Shown: piece by piece, positions 26,584 through 42,256 of the stretch
Layout: every line of letters begins with the position of its first letter
Position numbering within the stretch: the first letter of the stretch is position 1
NCBI RefSeq assembly: GCF_009914755.1
Contig: NC_060931.1
Direction: 5' to 3' (one strand)
DNA: 64,000 nt
DNA from: the human T2T-CHM13v2.0 reference genome, Homo sapiens
Made by a program: the position numbers and the translations under genes
Notes under the pieces: generated by a model
What the model saw: the letters and a program-made list of their open reading frames with translations, nothing else
What the model was told of the DNA's origin: nothing
Databases searched by the model: none

Positions 26584-28131
26584 CATTAACAGTAATATTA
26601 ACAGTAATGGCAGGTTAATGCTTACATAGTGGTTACTACAAGCAAGGAACTCTTCCATGGTCTGCATATACACTCTTAATTTCACTACAGTCAATGAGGT
26701 AGGCACCATTTTACAGATGGAGAAATTGAGGCACACAGAGCTTAAGTATGGATCAGGAACTCAAACCTGAGCTCATCCACTATGCTGCCTCTGTTAATGG
26801 ATAAAACACACACTGCCGCTGCCGCAAATTTCACGAAGGCACAAGCTCCCCATGTCTCTGGGTCAAAATCGCATACCATCGCTGGCAGGGAAGCTAAATC
26901 CATGGATCAGAGATGATCACCCTCCTCCCCAAAGAATCCCTCACAAGTGCAAAGAAGCATGCTAAGCAAAGGACGTTCAGATGTTTCTGTGGCTATTCAC
27001 AGAGACGGTGTGCTTGTTTTCATGCAGCTCCACCGCAGGAGGTAACCCGCAGACACCTGCACACAGCGAACGGAAGGCTCCTCCTGCCATATTATTATTA
27101 CAGGTGCTGCTCAAAAGGATTAGCAGCTGGATGCTATTACATAACAACGAAAACCTTTAAAAACAAAGCATAGGTTTTATGTTCTGAAGTAATGTTCAGA
27201 AGTGCTTCAGGGCTAGAGAAATATCACAGACAACGTGTTATAAAACGAGGAGTTTAGCGTGTCCCAGAAAGAGATTTTATACCCTTTCCTACTACTTTTA
27301 AGTTTCCTCAAGCTACCAATAAAAGGCTTTGCCTATGAATTTGTTCCAAACAAATAAAAGAACCCTTAATTATTGGTTCTTCCTTCCTGTATCTACCGTC
27401 TTCCTGCATTAACACATTTTTGATCCATTTTACAGAAGTGCTGAGTCACACCTGTAAAACAGAAGAGCAGAAAAGGAAACACATGAGGCCCAGTTTTGGG
27501 TGAAGATGACAACTTCGGGAGGCCAGGATGTGATGGCTCTGCCATCTTAAAGCAATAAGGCCTTCCTGCAAGTGGCTAACACAGTGATTACTCCTAAGGG
27601 TGCTTCTGAAAGGAGCATCTCTCAAATGTGCAGATGTGCAGAAAGTCTTCTTTCAAGATAAATACACTGGCAGAGAAGACTAAAACTATAAATCAAGAAT
27701 AAAATAAAGATACTCATCTGTAGAAAAATAAAGAACATTTTTTCCCTAGATTTTTGTTAATGATAAAACGATAAAAATGTGTCGATAATAATAACGATAA
27801 AAATGTGTCAGTTCAAAGATCTTTATCTAAAAACATTAACCTTCAATTTTTTTAAAGGAAGAGAGCCAGATACAGTTGACCTAAACCTGTAGAGTACAGT
27901 CAGCCGACCCCATTTCCGCCTGTCTTAACTTTTAAAGGAAGTCCCAAGATCCCTGAGTATATGGTTTATGATGAGCAAACAGCTCTTACTTTTGCCTTAG
28001 ACTCAATTAGAACCAAAATGTGGTTCATTAGCACTGACTCTTCAGTCTGATCTTACATTAATGTTAAAATTATAACACTCATATCTCAGTTTAGGCATAT
28101 AATTTATATTCATATTTACTATTTAAAAACA

Positions 28132-28537
<406 letters not shown>

Positions 28538-29510
28538 CTAAGGTTGCAGCTTCATACCTACCCCAGGGCTTCTGGTTTAGGACTGGATGGGATCTGTAAG
28601 TGTGTGATACAGACATCTGTGTGCAAAATGCACAGGAAATACTACCTGGCCCATGATCCCCTATCCCCAAAGAATAGACGGGAAGGAAAGGGCCATTTGC
28701 TCGTAGGTTCTTTTTTGCAAGAAAATGTTCACCTCTAACAGCTCGACTCTGGTTTAGTGACATTCCCTGACCCTTCCCACTTTCTTTTCTGCACACTGCT
28801 GTTACCACTGTTATCTCTAGGCAGAGGTGTGCCAAACCACAGGCAGTCAAAAGCAGATCTGTTCTGGAGGGGAACTAAAGGGCCACTTTGGAGGAGAATG
28901 GGTATTAGAGGATGGTTAGAATCATCACCTAACACAATGTGGACATCTGGCAGAGAAAATTCCATTAGGCTGAACTGTCTCCAGCAAACAGAAAGCTGGC
29001 TCCTCAGTGGTGAACAACAGATGAAAAATCTAAAAGACCACAAGTCTAATCTCAGGCTTTCCACTGCCTTGCTCTTTGACCTTGGGCAGGTCTCTTCCTT
29101 TCTACATCTCAATTTCTTCACTGCAAAAGGAGAAGTATAACATTGCTATTCCTTACAGGGAAGTAACACACATTGCTAAAAGTGACTATAAGATATACTT
29201 CAAATTGCACCAGAGAACTAAACTATTAATACAAATATGACATCCTCAAAGGGTAGACATTTCAGCTACCTGTATCCCTTAAAGAATATGTATTAATTAA
29301 AAAGAGTTACACTGAAAAAAATGTACCAATTCTTAAAGTAAAATTGCCCTATTCCAGGTGACTCACAATGAAATGGTGCAGGGCTTGAAGGAGAAAACAC
29401 AAGAGGGGATGAATCACACATCTCATGTTTTATTCTTGGCTATTTATGAACCAGTGACCACAAGTTATTTCTTTTTCCTCTATTTCCTTTGAAATAAATG
29501 GAAAATTTCA

Positions 29511-29631
29511 AGCTGGGCAAGGTGGTTCATGTCTGTAATCCTAGCACTTTGGGAGGCCAAGGCAGGAAGACGGCCTGAGCCCAGGAGTTCAATAACAGCC
29601 TGGGCAACATAGGGAGATCCGGTCTCTACAA

Positions 29632-29679
<48 letters not shown>

Positions 29680-29871
29680 TGGGCATGGTGGCATGTGCCT
29701 GTGGTTCCAACTACTCAGGAGAGTAGGTGCTCAGTAGTTGCCGAGGTGAGAGGATTGCTCAAGTCAGGGGCAGGTGGATGGGTCGAGGCTGCAGTATGTT
29801 GTGATGCCACTGCATACCAGCCTGGGTGACAAAGCAAGACCCTCTCTCTACCACCCCCCACTCAAAAAAAA
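29511..29871 (+). mobile_element. AluJ with an (AAT)n microsatellite in the middle A-rich linker (29633-29679)
   Basis: Alu consensus; pure AAT run. Confidence 0.85.
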
Positions 29872-30181
29872 ATGTAATATACACTGCTTTCTGCAGGTTA
29901 AAATCCTGTGGATACCCAAACCTTGACATGCTCTGCCTCACTGGGAACCACAATTAGCACACAGGCAGTCATTTTGGAGACTTTTACCTAAATATTCTTC
30001 ATTTGTTTTTCGGACTTAATACTGAAAAATACATGCTGTAACTCAGAAACCACCACCAAGTGGTGCCAAGTGCCAAGAACCATCAAAGCCATTCTTCCGT
30101 TCTCAATCCCACTTACCCCATCCCCTTTCTCCTTCTACTACCTGTCCCCCAGAAGCCCAACATCCTGTTAAAAACAAATAA

Positions 30182-30629
<448 letters not shown>

Positions 30630-30656
30630 ATCCTACAATTTTAAAGGAATAAGTCT

Positions 30657-30928
30657 ACTGGGTGTGGTGGCTTGTACCTGTAATCCCAGTTACTCAGGAG
30701 GCTAAGGAGGGAGGATCACTAGAGCCCAGGAGTTTGAAGTTACAGTGAGCTATGATCACAACTACTACACTCCAGCCTGGATGACACAGTGAGACCCAGT
30801 CTCTCTTTTTTTTTTCCAGAGACAAGTTCTATGTTGCCCAAGCTAGTCCCAAACTCCAAGGCTCAAGTGATCCTCTTCGCCTTGGCCTCCCAGTGCTGGG
30901 ATTACAGTCGTGAGCTACCATGCCCAGC
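30657..30928. mobile_element. Two Alu monomers tail-to-tail (+ 30657-30804, - 30806-30928)
   Basis: Monomer consensus; TSD cccagtctct around the second. Confidence 0.75.
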
Positions 30929-31414
30929 TGAGGCCCAGTCTCTTTAAATAAAAAAGAAAGAAAGAAAAATAAGAAGTCTATGTTGGTAACTACCAAATCC
31001 ATATAACTGGTCCTTCATATGTCTAGTCTTGTAGTCTTATCAAACTTTACATGTCTAAGATTATTTTCCTGAAAACCCATTCCCTTCACCTAATGAAGGG
31101 AGTAGGTTGACTCTAACGCCCTGGCTCTCAGGCTCCAAGCCTCTGGAAGGAATCTGGCTAGGTGTTCTTCCTTTCTTCCATGTACTCACTCAGTTTCCCA
31201 GAAATGTCTCTAGTTTTTCTTTTATTTCCCCTGGCATGTAACTATGTCAAAACCAATATATCATTCCAGCCCTGGATCAGGGCAGCCATCTACTAAATGG
31301 CCTTAAAGGCTCTATACTCTCGCCTTTGTAATCAGAGAAAGTTTCCTTAAAACAATCACTTAGGTCATTTCCCACAAACAATAAGTTCCTCTTGCCCTCA
31401 ATCAAAATTCTGCA

Positions 31415-31577
31415 ACCTGGAGAACTGCTTGAACTCGGGAGGTGGAGGCTGCGGTAAGCCAAGATCACGCTGCTGCACTCCAGCCTGGACGACAGAGCAA
31501 GACTCTGTCTCAAACAAAAACAAAAAACAAAAAACACATCACTATGTACCCCATGAATATGTACAATGATTATTTGC
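31415..31577 (+). mobile_element. Composite Alu right-arm fragment plus L1 3'-end fragment between 16-bp direct repeats
   Basis: caatcaaaattctgca at 31399-31414 and 31578-31593. Confidence 0.75.
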
Positions 31578-32510
31578 CAATCAAAATTCTGCATCCTCCA
31601 GAAGCATGCTATCCAAACTTCTTTCATCATCCCTCTCCCTCTGGGGGAGGACTCCTGGCTTTCCAAGCCGAAAATCACAGGGATAGTCACTACTGTCTAA
31701 GGTATTTATCTGTTCTGTAATTCAATAAGGAACAGGGCTGACAGGAAAGGAAAGAAAAATCCTGTTCACACCTAGAGGAAAACATGGACAAAAATCACAA
31801 GTCAATTGTTGTCTAGAACTGATGATTCCCTCTGTGACTTACATAGATCTCTTTCCCCTGAACTTTTGGTCATTATAGTTGAAACTCCTGGGAATTTCAC
31901 CCAAGTTATTCACATCCTTGACTACTAGAGAAAAGCAGCTGTTGACCTTTCAAAATTCCATTGGTTGACTTTAGGAACTGTATTGAATTCGTCATGAACT
32001 GCCACGCAAGTCATGAATTTTACAATATGTGCCCAAAATAAAGCCAACCATAAAATCTCATTCATTCCACAATTATTTTTGGTGGTGGTGGTGGGTATCT
32101 ACTATATGCACAAAAACCAGGTAGCTTTTTTTTTTTTTTTTTTTTTTTTGGTAAGGCCTGAAATAGGGCAAATAAATTAAGATCTCCAGATTTCTTTAGG
32201 TACTTAATAATTTGGAGTTAACAGATTTTCCTCAAGGGTGTATTAGACACTATAATTAATAGATCTTTACCTTCTACTCCTTTACCAGCTCCTACAAAGC
32301 AGCAATATTAATAATGGTTGAATTTTTAATTTTATCCTGCTTGCAGTCTGTAAACATTAAAAGACAGTGAAATTCTACAAGAAAAGAAGAGTAGTCAAAA
32401 ACCTATAAAGAGTCCTACACTGCACACAACTAAGCAGTTGTTATTTTTGAAAAAAACTTGCAAACAGAGGGCCCTAAAAGATGACAGACAGCCCCTCAAG
32501 GAAAACTTCA

Positions 32511-33048
<538 letters not shown>

Positions 33049-33380
33049 CTAGTTTACTGAAGGCTAACTAGCTGCAATTAAGATAATATAACCCGCCACC
33101 AAATACTAAAAGGTATATTAAAGAATTCATACAATTACTTGACTGAGAGGGTCTCATGTGTGGAGAAAATATATAAAAAGTCTAAGCTCAGCAGATTCAC
33201 ATATCTTCTCATATTAGCCCATGGGGATCTTTAAAAGATAAAGTCTTAATGAAGAGGGCCATGCAGGCAACAAAACAAAACAAAATAAAAAAACAAAAAC
33301 AGGTGAAAACACCTCCGAAAAGAAGTGGGATGCTTAAAAAACACACCAAACTCTTCCCTCCTCCCACCTCTCAAAAAAGG

Positions 33381-33672
33381 TGGCTGGGTGCAGTGGCCCA
33401 TGACTGTAATCCTAGCACTTTGGGAGGCCCAGGTGGGCAGATCACTTGAGCCCAGGGGTTCGAGACCAGCCTGGACAACATAGTGACACCCCCATCTCTA
33501 GTATAAATAAAAAATTAGCCTGATGTGGTGGGGCATGCCTGTAGTCTCTGCTATTTGAGAGGCTGAGACAGGAGGATCACTTGAGCCCAGAAGGTTGAGG
33601 CTGCAGTGAGCCACGCTGCACTCCAGCCTGGGTGACAGGGCAAGACCTTGTCTCAAAAAAAAAAGAAAAAAA
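33381..33672 (+). mobile_element. AluJ
   Basis: Alu consensus. Confidence 0.85.
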
Positions 33673-33833
33673 TAACAATTAGTAGGAATTCAAACACTCA
33701 AAGAATGTTTGCAACATACATGATAAATACATTTAAATCTCAGTAGTAGCATTTTGGTTTTTAAGTATTCGAAGCTAGAAACAGGTGTTCCTGTGCTGTG
33801 TGGGAAAGGGCAATATGAAAGATGCAGGGCGCT

Positions 33834-34327
<494 letters not shown>

Positions 34328-35611
34328 TTACAGGACATAGACTGTTTTTAAAGCATTCCAAACCCGCTTAAAAGGTAATTTCCCATTCATTGCCTAATTG
34401 TAGCCCCTTTCCCCCCAACATATTTAAACTTCAGAGAGTTGCAGAAGAAAATAAGTGCTACTGCATAGATCACAATGAAGAAAACAAGCTCTTGTTCATC
34501 AAAAACACTGCTCTTGTTGCATTGTCAATCTCAAAACAATTCTCGTCTATTTGGGTGTTTTTTAGAGGTAATTCATCCTCGTTCAAACCTTATAACCCTG
34601 CTTACCTTAAGAGCCTGTAAGCTAAAACATGGTAATAGGATTTGTTATTAACCTTCCAGAAATGAGGGCAGTTAATGTGTAATTAGCTAGCTGGATAGTC
34701 TTGCTGTCATACTAAAACTCGCTATTCAAGCTTGTAATTACTAGACAATAATTTAGTTGTTAATATCAGAAAAGAATAACAAGAGGTAACTTCCTGCAAT
34801 TACAAGCCAAGTGTCCATACGCTGGGAAGACTTTATAACTCAGTAATCGTAAGTGAATGAAGATAAAACAAATCAAGGTTACATTTACATATAATCAAGA
34901 ATGAAACAAGCCCTAAAATCAGAGCCCCTACGAAAGTAGAGCATAGCTGTGGCTGTCTTTCAGAGCCATACCCTGGCTGGCTCATGTCCCACGATCCAAA
35001 AAGCCTGGACCACCCCATGGTTTTAAAGCTGACCACCAGTGAGTGTGGTATTTTTAATGAATGTCCACTAAGTTGTTCAAAGCCAGCAAGACTCCATTTT
35101 TATGTATATAACTAGTTAGACTCCTGAGCCACATACACCTCATCTGAAGATTTCCAAGCAGACAGATAAAGAAGGTTGGTTACGGAGCTAGCTAAGCACT
35201 GTTGAAGCGCAAATCCACAACTGAGCACATTTCTTTATTATGTACAACAGGTGACATTATCCCAATAGTACTGGACAGAATTGCTCTACTTGGCCTCTAT
35301 CTACAAATAATGACATCCAGCTGTTCCAAAGGCAGGATGACGTTTGTGATTCAACATGGACAGATCAATACTGAAGTTCTCAAGCTGTTCAAATAGTAGT
35401 TGGCCAATTAATCATCCATGCAGACACATACATGTATTTCTTATCTGTGTAGTTACACTAAAATGTTTAGGAAACAGCATGCACTAATCCAGCATAAAGC
35501 ATTATTTTAAGATATACCTTCTGCCAAAATCTGAATTATTTGGGAAGATTCACAGACTATCTAACTGAAAAGGGGATGGGATAAGTGTTAAATTTGTATT
35601 TTAAGTTTCTA

Positions 35612-35847
<236 letters not shown>

Positions 35848-35968
35848 TTACTAACTCCCCAGATAACTCTAGGGGAAGACTTTTCCCAAATGTTGATTTT
35901 TCTCTCCAGCAAAATAAGAGTAGAAGTATCTAGTCCACTGGCTAGCAACCCTAAGAGTGAAAATGTAA

Positions 35969-36322
<354 letters not shown>

Positions 36323-37949
36323 TACAACTTAATCCATCATATAAATAATTTACGAAGGCAGTCAAAGAATGAGTAAAATGAAAGCTGGAGAGAGAAACAC
36401 ATTTGCAGGGATCAAGCATGCCTGGTCCAGAAGGGTGGGATGAGAGAGAGATTAAAGCTGTATCGCAGTGAAGGCACCTGGGCCCCCAGGAGTGCAGGGT
36501 GATAAGCCAACTACAGATAAAATATATTTTGGAGAAAAAAAGGAAAACTGGAAAATAGAAGAGTGCTTAAAAAGCTACCTGTGGCTTAATGAACTCTCCT
36601 ATCAGTCCTTAAAATTAATTTGTTTTGAAATGGAAATCCAGATCCCCTTGGCTACATTTTATGTTTCTCAGAGCTTCTGTCACTGCTGTCTGGAAGAGCA
36701 GGAAGGGATGCAAAAAAAAAGATGCTATCATGCAGGAAGCCAAAATCACTTTGGTCATCTGCTACTTTCTGTTTAATGTCATAACAATAACAATAGATAA
36801 CTTCATACTTGATAACTTCATACTGATGGCAAGCATCTTACAAAATTAATCCGATTCCTCACTATAATTAGCTCTCTTGTAAGGTTAAATAATACAAAAT
36901 TAAAAATTACTGGGTGAGTAAACCACAATTATACCAATTTTGAACTCTGAATAAACAAATTGCACATACACTTGGCAAAGAGAAAACAGGATAAGAACAG
37001 AAGCAATGAGTCAACTGGCTTACCAGAAATCAATGGCGGGGAAGGGTGTGAGGGGACAGAGGACTAAATTTACTGCTAACATGAATGTTGTTTAATATCA
37101 GGCTATGATTAACATACATCTGAAATTTCAACTGTGAATTGTTGTTACGCTACAAATATGTATACCCACAGAACAGTACATGTCCTGGGGCAAGGTAAAT
37201 GGCAGGAAATTTCACAATCCACTCCCTGCTCCTTCATCGAATCTACAGCAGAGGAAAGTGTTGAAACAAGTTTTAGGTGCCAGGCTTAGCCTTTTGCTTT
37301 TCAGTTGAATATTTATGTTGACACGCCAACTTTCTCCTATTAGTTATTTAGTGTTAGGTTTTTTTTTTTTTTTTTATTTTTTTTTTTTTTTTTTTTTTTT
37401 TTGGCGGGGCAGGGGTTGGCGGGGGCAGTCCTTTGAACTAAGATTCTCTCAGGAACCACTGCAGGAAATGAAGTGATTCAGAACTCACCAATTATGAACT
37501 AACCTTCAATGCCAGAGGCTTTAACAGTTTCTAATAAAAATTCAGTTCAGATCTCAAGTTCAGATAAGTCTGAAAAAACACTTCAAGGTCATCTGAACGA
37601 ACATATTCTACCAGTACTTTATATAATTGTATTTACCTGTTCCTAAAACTTTCCGTGAAAGAAATGTTGAATTTTCTTCAGAAATAGTTTTGAGCAAAAT
37701 GTCAAAACAATTCTCCCATGCTCAGTGTACTTTTGACTATACTCTGAAAATATTTCTTCTTGTTTTCCTGCACTTACCTGTTAGTGTGCTCACACTCCTG
37801 TATTATGGAACATGTTCAGTAACTCATACACATGTAACACAGAAGTCTGTTTTCAGTTCACTTGGACCAACGTGGTTTAACTCTTGCTGCTTATTAAATG
37901 CTTTGCAAGCTAATGTAAGTACACTAACATTTTATAAATGTGATGAAAA

Positions 37950-38512
37950 CTTACTCATGTTGGCCACTTTACAAAGTAGTCTATCAGTCCTCAAATAGTT
38001 AAACATATTATCCAGCAATTTCACTCCTAGGTATATACCCAAGAGAAATGCAAACATGTCTACACAAATACTTGTGCACAAATATTTATAACACTCATAA
38101 TAGCCAAAAGACAGCAATAACCCAAATGTCTATTATCTGACAAATAATGTGGTTTATCTACACAATGAAATATTATTCAGCCATAAGAAATTCCGATACA
38201 TGCAACACGGATCAACCTTGAAAACATTATGCAAAGTGAAAAAAAAAACAGTCACAAAAGACCACATATTATATAATTACGTTTCTAAGAAGTGTCCAGA
38301 AAAGACAAATCCACAGAAACAAAAAGCAGATTCGTGGTTGCCTAGGGCGAATAGTTAAAGGGTACACATTTATTTTTGAGGTGATGAAAATGTTCTAAAA
38401 TTGACTGTGGTGATGGCTGCATATAACTGAATGTATTAAAAACTACTGAATTACACACTTTAAATGGGTGATTTGCATGTCTGTGAATTATAATTCAGTG
38501 AAACTGTTATTT
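37950..38512 (+). mobile_element. L1MB-type 3' fragment
   Basis: cactcctaggtatatacccaagagaaatg...ggtgatgaaaatgttctaaaattga. Confidence 0.8.
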
Positions 38513-39053
38513 TTTTAAAAAACCTGTTCTGAGACATGAAGTACTTGACAGTCAGCAAACATCTTTCACAAAGCTTTTCTGGTCAATGGTAAAAGCTTTA
38601 GCAAAACTAAACATCAATTTACTTCATTGTAATTGGAACCAGATTGCAGTATTTTGATATGTACATTTTTAAGATGTGAATGTAGTTTAAGAAAACACAT
38701 CATTACATCAGATATTCCAGGCAGCCTGCCATGAGACATTTTTACCAAAAAAACCATCTTAAAAGGAATCCATTTAATCAAGCTCGGAGTGTATGTTCTT
38801 TCTTGTTGCCTCAACTATATGCCATCATCTCCCCTAAAACTCTCTTGTTAAACAGTTCTGGACATGATTAATTCACTCATTAAGACAACAAATAGTCGAA
38901 CCCTTATTGTGCACCAGGCACTGTTACAGTCACGTGTGCGTGTGCGTGTGTATAGAGAGAGAGAGACGAGAACAAGACAAAGTCCTCACTCATGGTGCTT
39001 ACAATCCAAGGGGATAAGATAAATAATATACAAATACCAGTTTTAGAAGCTTA

Positions 39054-39230
<177 letters not shown>

Positions 39231-40004
39231 TAATTTTAAAATTAAAAAATATATATACAACTGGGTGCTGTGCTATGGAGGGGTGTGATTTCAGATGGAG
39301 TAGCTGGGAAAGGAAACTGCTCTGAGGAAGTAATATGTGAGATGAGTGAAGAAGGTGCTAACCACACAAAGATCAGGGGGGAATATCCCAGGTAGAGAAA
39401 ATAATTTTTGAACGGCACAATCAGGTGGAGGCAGGGATTAACTGTGTTCTGCTGGTGACCAACCTTTCTCTGTGATTCTCATTTACCAATCTAGTTCAAG
39501 GATATCTGGCAAAAGTAACTTGCAGATTGTGGCTGGACTAAGAAGTCTTACCTACCTCAGACCACTAAAAGGTCGTACAAGTTCAACAAGAAGCAGCCAT
39601 CCCTGGTTAAGCTCAGCCTCAACTGAGCTTTCCCTTCTTTTCTTGTGCCTCTCAGCAATGGTTACCTGTACCATTCATTCTTTCAACCCATACTGGTGAA
39701 GGGCACTGTGATAAGAGTCCTGGGCCTTACAGATGAATCAGACACACACCCGATAGCCCTTAAGATAGGAAATAATCTAGTAGCACAAAAAAATAGGCAT
39801 AAACAACAAATACACAGTAGAAAGTAAAAGTGGACCATAAAAAAGGAGCTATAAAATGGTATCCAGAGATTACTTCCAGCTGGAGAATCAGCGGAAGTAT
39901 ACGGGGTAGGAGCAGTGGAGTAGGTAGACTCTATGAAGCCTGAGATTTGGACATGTGGAGGGAAAAACAGATTTATTTGTTGTATCCCTAATTAACTTCA
40001 AATA

Positions 40005-40206
40005 CACAACTGACCCTTGAACAACATGGGTCCACGCACAGTTTGAACTGCATGGGTCCATTCACATGTGGTTTTCAATAAATACAGCTAGCCCTCCATG
40101 TCAGTGGGTTTCACAGGGATGACTGTGGGACTTGAGTAAGCATGAATTTTGGTATCTGCAGGTGGTCTGGGAACTGATCCCCTGCAGATACCAAGAGATG
40201 ACTGTA
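40005..40206. mobile_element. TcMar-Tigger element (MER2B/Tigger2-like)
   Basis: ctgacccttgaacaacatggg...cccctgcagataccaagagatgactgta termini. Confidence 0.7.
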
Positions 40207-40825
40207 TTTTAACATATTTTCAGCTCCCCAACCAGGTGATAAGGAGGAAAGGCCTGATGCTCTTTATAACTCTCTGGGATATTCAGCATAGCATTTTGCA
40301 GAGCTGGGCAATTCATTTGTTGATTCCCTGTAAGAGATGGGGTGTCAATTTCAGCACTGAAGGTAAGGCTAAATTACTCTTCCTTCATAAGGAGGTTTTG
40401 GTCTTTGAAAAGATGATCCCCTAAAACCTCTTACTATATCATTGCTCTCTCATTTCAGAGGGACATTCCTAAGTAGTTTTAGTTTTTTCCAAAACCAAAA
40501 TATGTATATATTATGTGCTAATACATACATATAAAATGTTTGCACATGTATTCATGTGTGTGCGCATGTACTCATGTGTGTGCACATGTATCACTATACC
40601 TTAAGTTTGGAATCTCAAAAAATCATTTTAAACTTCCACAGCTAAACTGATATATTTGTACTTAAGAGAAAATATTTTTTCCACTGATCAAACTTTCCCA
40701 GTCGGTCCCTCAAAAATCCCTTCCCATTACCAACAAAACATCTTAAACCAGAAAAGAAAAGCCAAACAACATTTTTTTAGGCAATGTCTCAACATCTCCA
40801 AAAAATATTCCATGGCCAAACTCAC

Positions 40826-40878
40826 CATAGAGAGCTGTCCAAGTTTGATTAATTACATCTAGACACACAGTTCCTGAC
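40826..40878 (-). CDS. UBE2H: UBE2H coding exon 5 (53 nt): SGTVCLDVINQTWTALY, contains the catalytic Cys
   Basis: tttcag|GTCAGGAACTGTGTGTCTAGAT...CTCTATG|gtgag; E2 active-site G-x-V-C-L-D. Confidence 0.97.
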
Positions 40879-41049
40879 CTGAAACAGATGGAAAGAATGG
40901 CATGTTTTTAAAAATTAGAAAGTTAGTTGCATGTATCTGGCAACTAATTTTTACTTATCAAGAGAAATACTTTTAATAGATCTGTGAAAAAAAGAATCCC
41001 AATTGGGGAAAAGTATGATGAGGAACAGAATAGTACCAGGTCTTGAAGT

Positions 41050-41640
41050 GTCACCTTACAGACTGAAAGGGGAAAATAGTAACTATGCAATGGAGAAACC
41101 AGACAACACCTGAACCAGGTGCTGAGAACACAAGGGGCAGACAGACCTTGTGTGTGTCTGAATGTGATACCCCAAGAAGGACACCATCTTACTTTGTAGT
41201 TTTCTGGCCTTAAGTGTGTTCATGCCCTGAATCTAATGATCAGGAAACATCAGACAAACACAAATTGAGGAACAATCTATAAAATAACTGGTCTATGTTA
41301 TTTTAAAAAGTGAATTTTATAAAAGATAAAGGCAGGCTGAGGAACTAATCCTGATTAAAGCAGTTTAAAGAAACATGACAACTAAATGTAATGTGTGATT
41401 CTAGACTGGATCCTTTATTGAAAGAAAAAAGTGCTAAAAAGTAAGTTACTGGAATATGGCAGTAGATTAAATAAGTATTGCATTAACGTTAAATTCCTGA
41501 ATCTGACAACTATATACTGTGGATAGATAAGAGAATATCCTTGTTAGGATAACTGATACAATAAAATATTAATATTAAAGGACTAAGGGGCATGATGTAT
41601 GTATATATACAACCTACTCACACAGAGTGCAGAAAAACCT
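41050..41640 (+). mobile_element. Old L1MC/ME 3' fragment in intron 4
   Basis: ggaaacatcagacaaac...acatgacaactaaatgtaatgtgtgat-ctagactggatcct. Confidence 0.65.
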
Positions 41641-42216
41641 GTTAGGTATGTTTGTGAGAGACAGTAAAACTTAGTGCCATGACAAATTAAAATTGCATCC
41701 CAAACAATAATATATTCTAAACAGCACTAGAAGTATAAAACAGGATATGCTGGAATATTTTAAAGTATCATTAATAAAATATTAGAAGGAAAGAAGGGGA
41801 TAAATAAGATTCATTAACTGAAATGAAACTATAGTCATTTTGCCTTACTATCTATCAAGAATTGAGAAAATATTATAAGATCTGAAAATAGTCTATCTGT
41901 AGGCTGAAAACAGATCTCTGAACTGTGTCTACAAAAAGAGAAGTGAGATGTGGAATATTACTACTGTTTGCTGGATAACAAGAAAAATGAAGGACCCAGT
42001 CACGACAATGGAAAAAAATAAGTGGTACAACAGCAGAATGTGAACTAAGTGATTGAGAACCTCATATCCTTTGGATTCTATCATTTACATGACCATTCAT
42101 ACAGTCCTACCTCCTGATAAGGTCCAAAAAGATAATCGAGGCTTTTTATAACACAGAGAAACACTAATCATGAGCAGTTGCTGCTAAAATTGAAACATTT
42201 TAAAATAGTTACTTAC

Positions 42217-42256
42217 GCTTCATCAATGTTGGGATGGAAAATTTTATTCATGAATC
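42217..42256 (-). CDS. UBE2H: UBE2H coding exon 4 (40 nt): GFMNKIFHPNIDE(A), contains the HPN motif
   Basis: acag|GATTCATG...GATGAAGC|gtaagt; phases match the flanking exons. Confidence 0.97.

Noticed and set aside
29480-29710. Poly-tyrosine ORF
   Set aside because: Translation of the (AAT)n microsatellite in an Alu
32271-32347. Possible cryptic minus-strand exon (tttacag acceptor, GTAAAG donors at 32270 and 32285, in-frame TAG)
   Set aside because: Donors lack +5G; such pseudo-exons are common and there is no independent support
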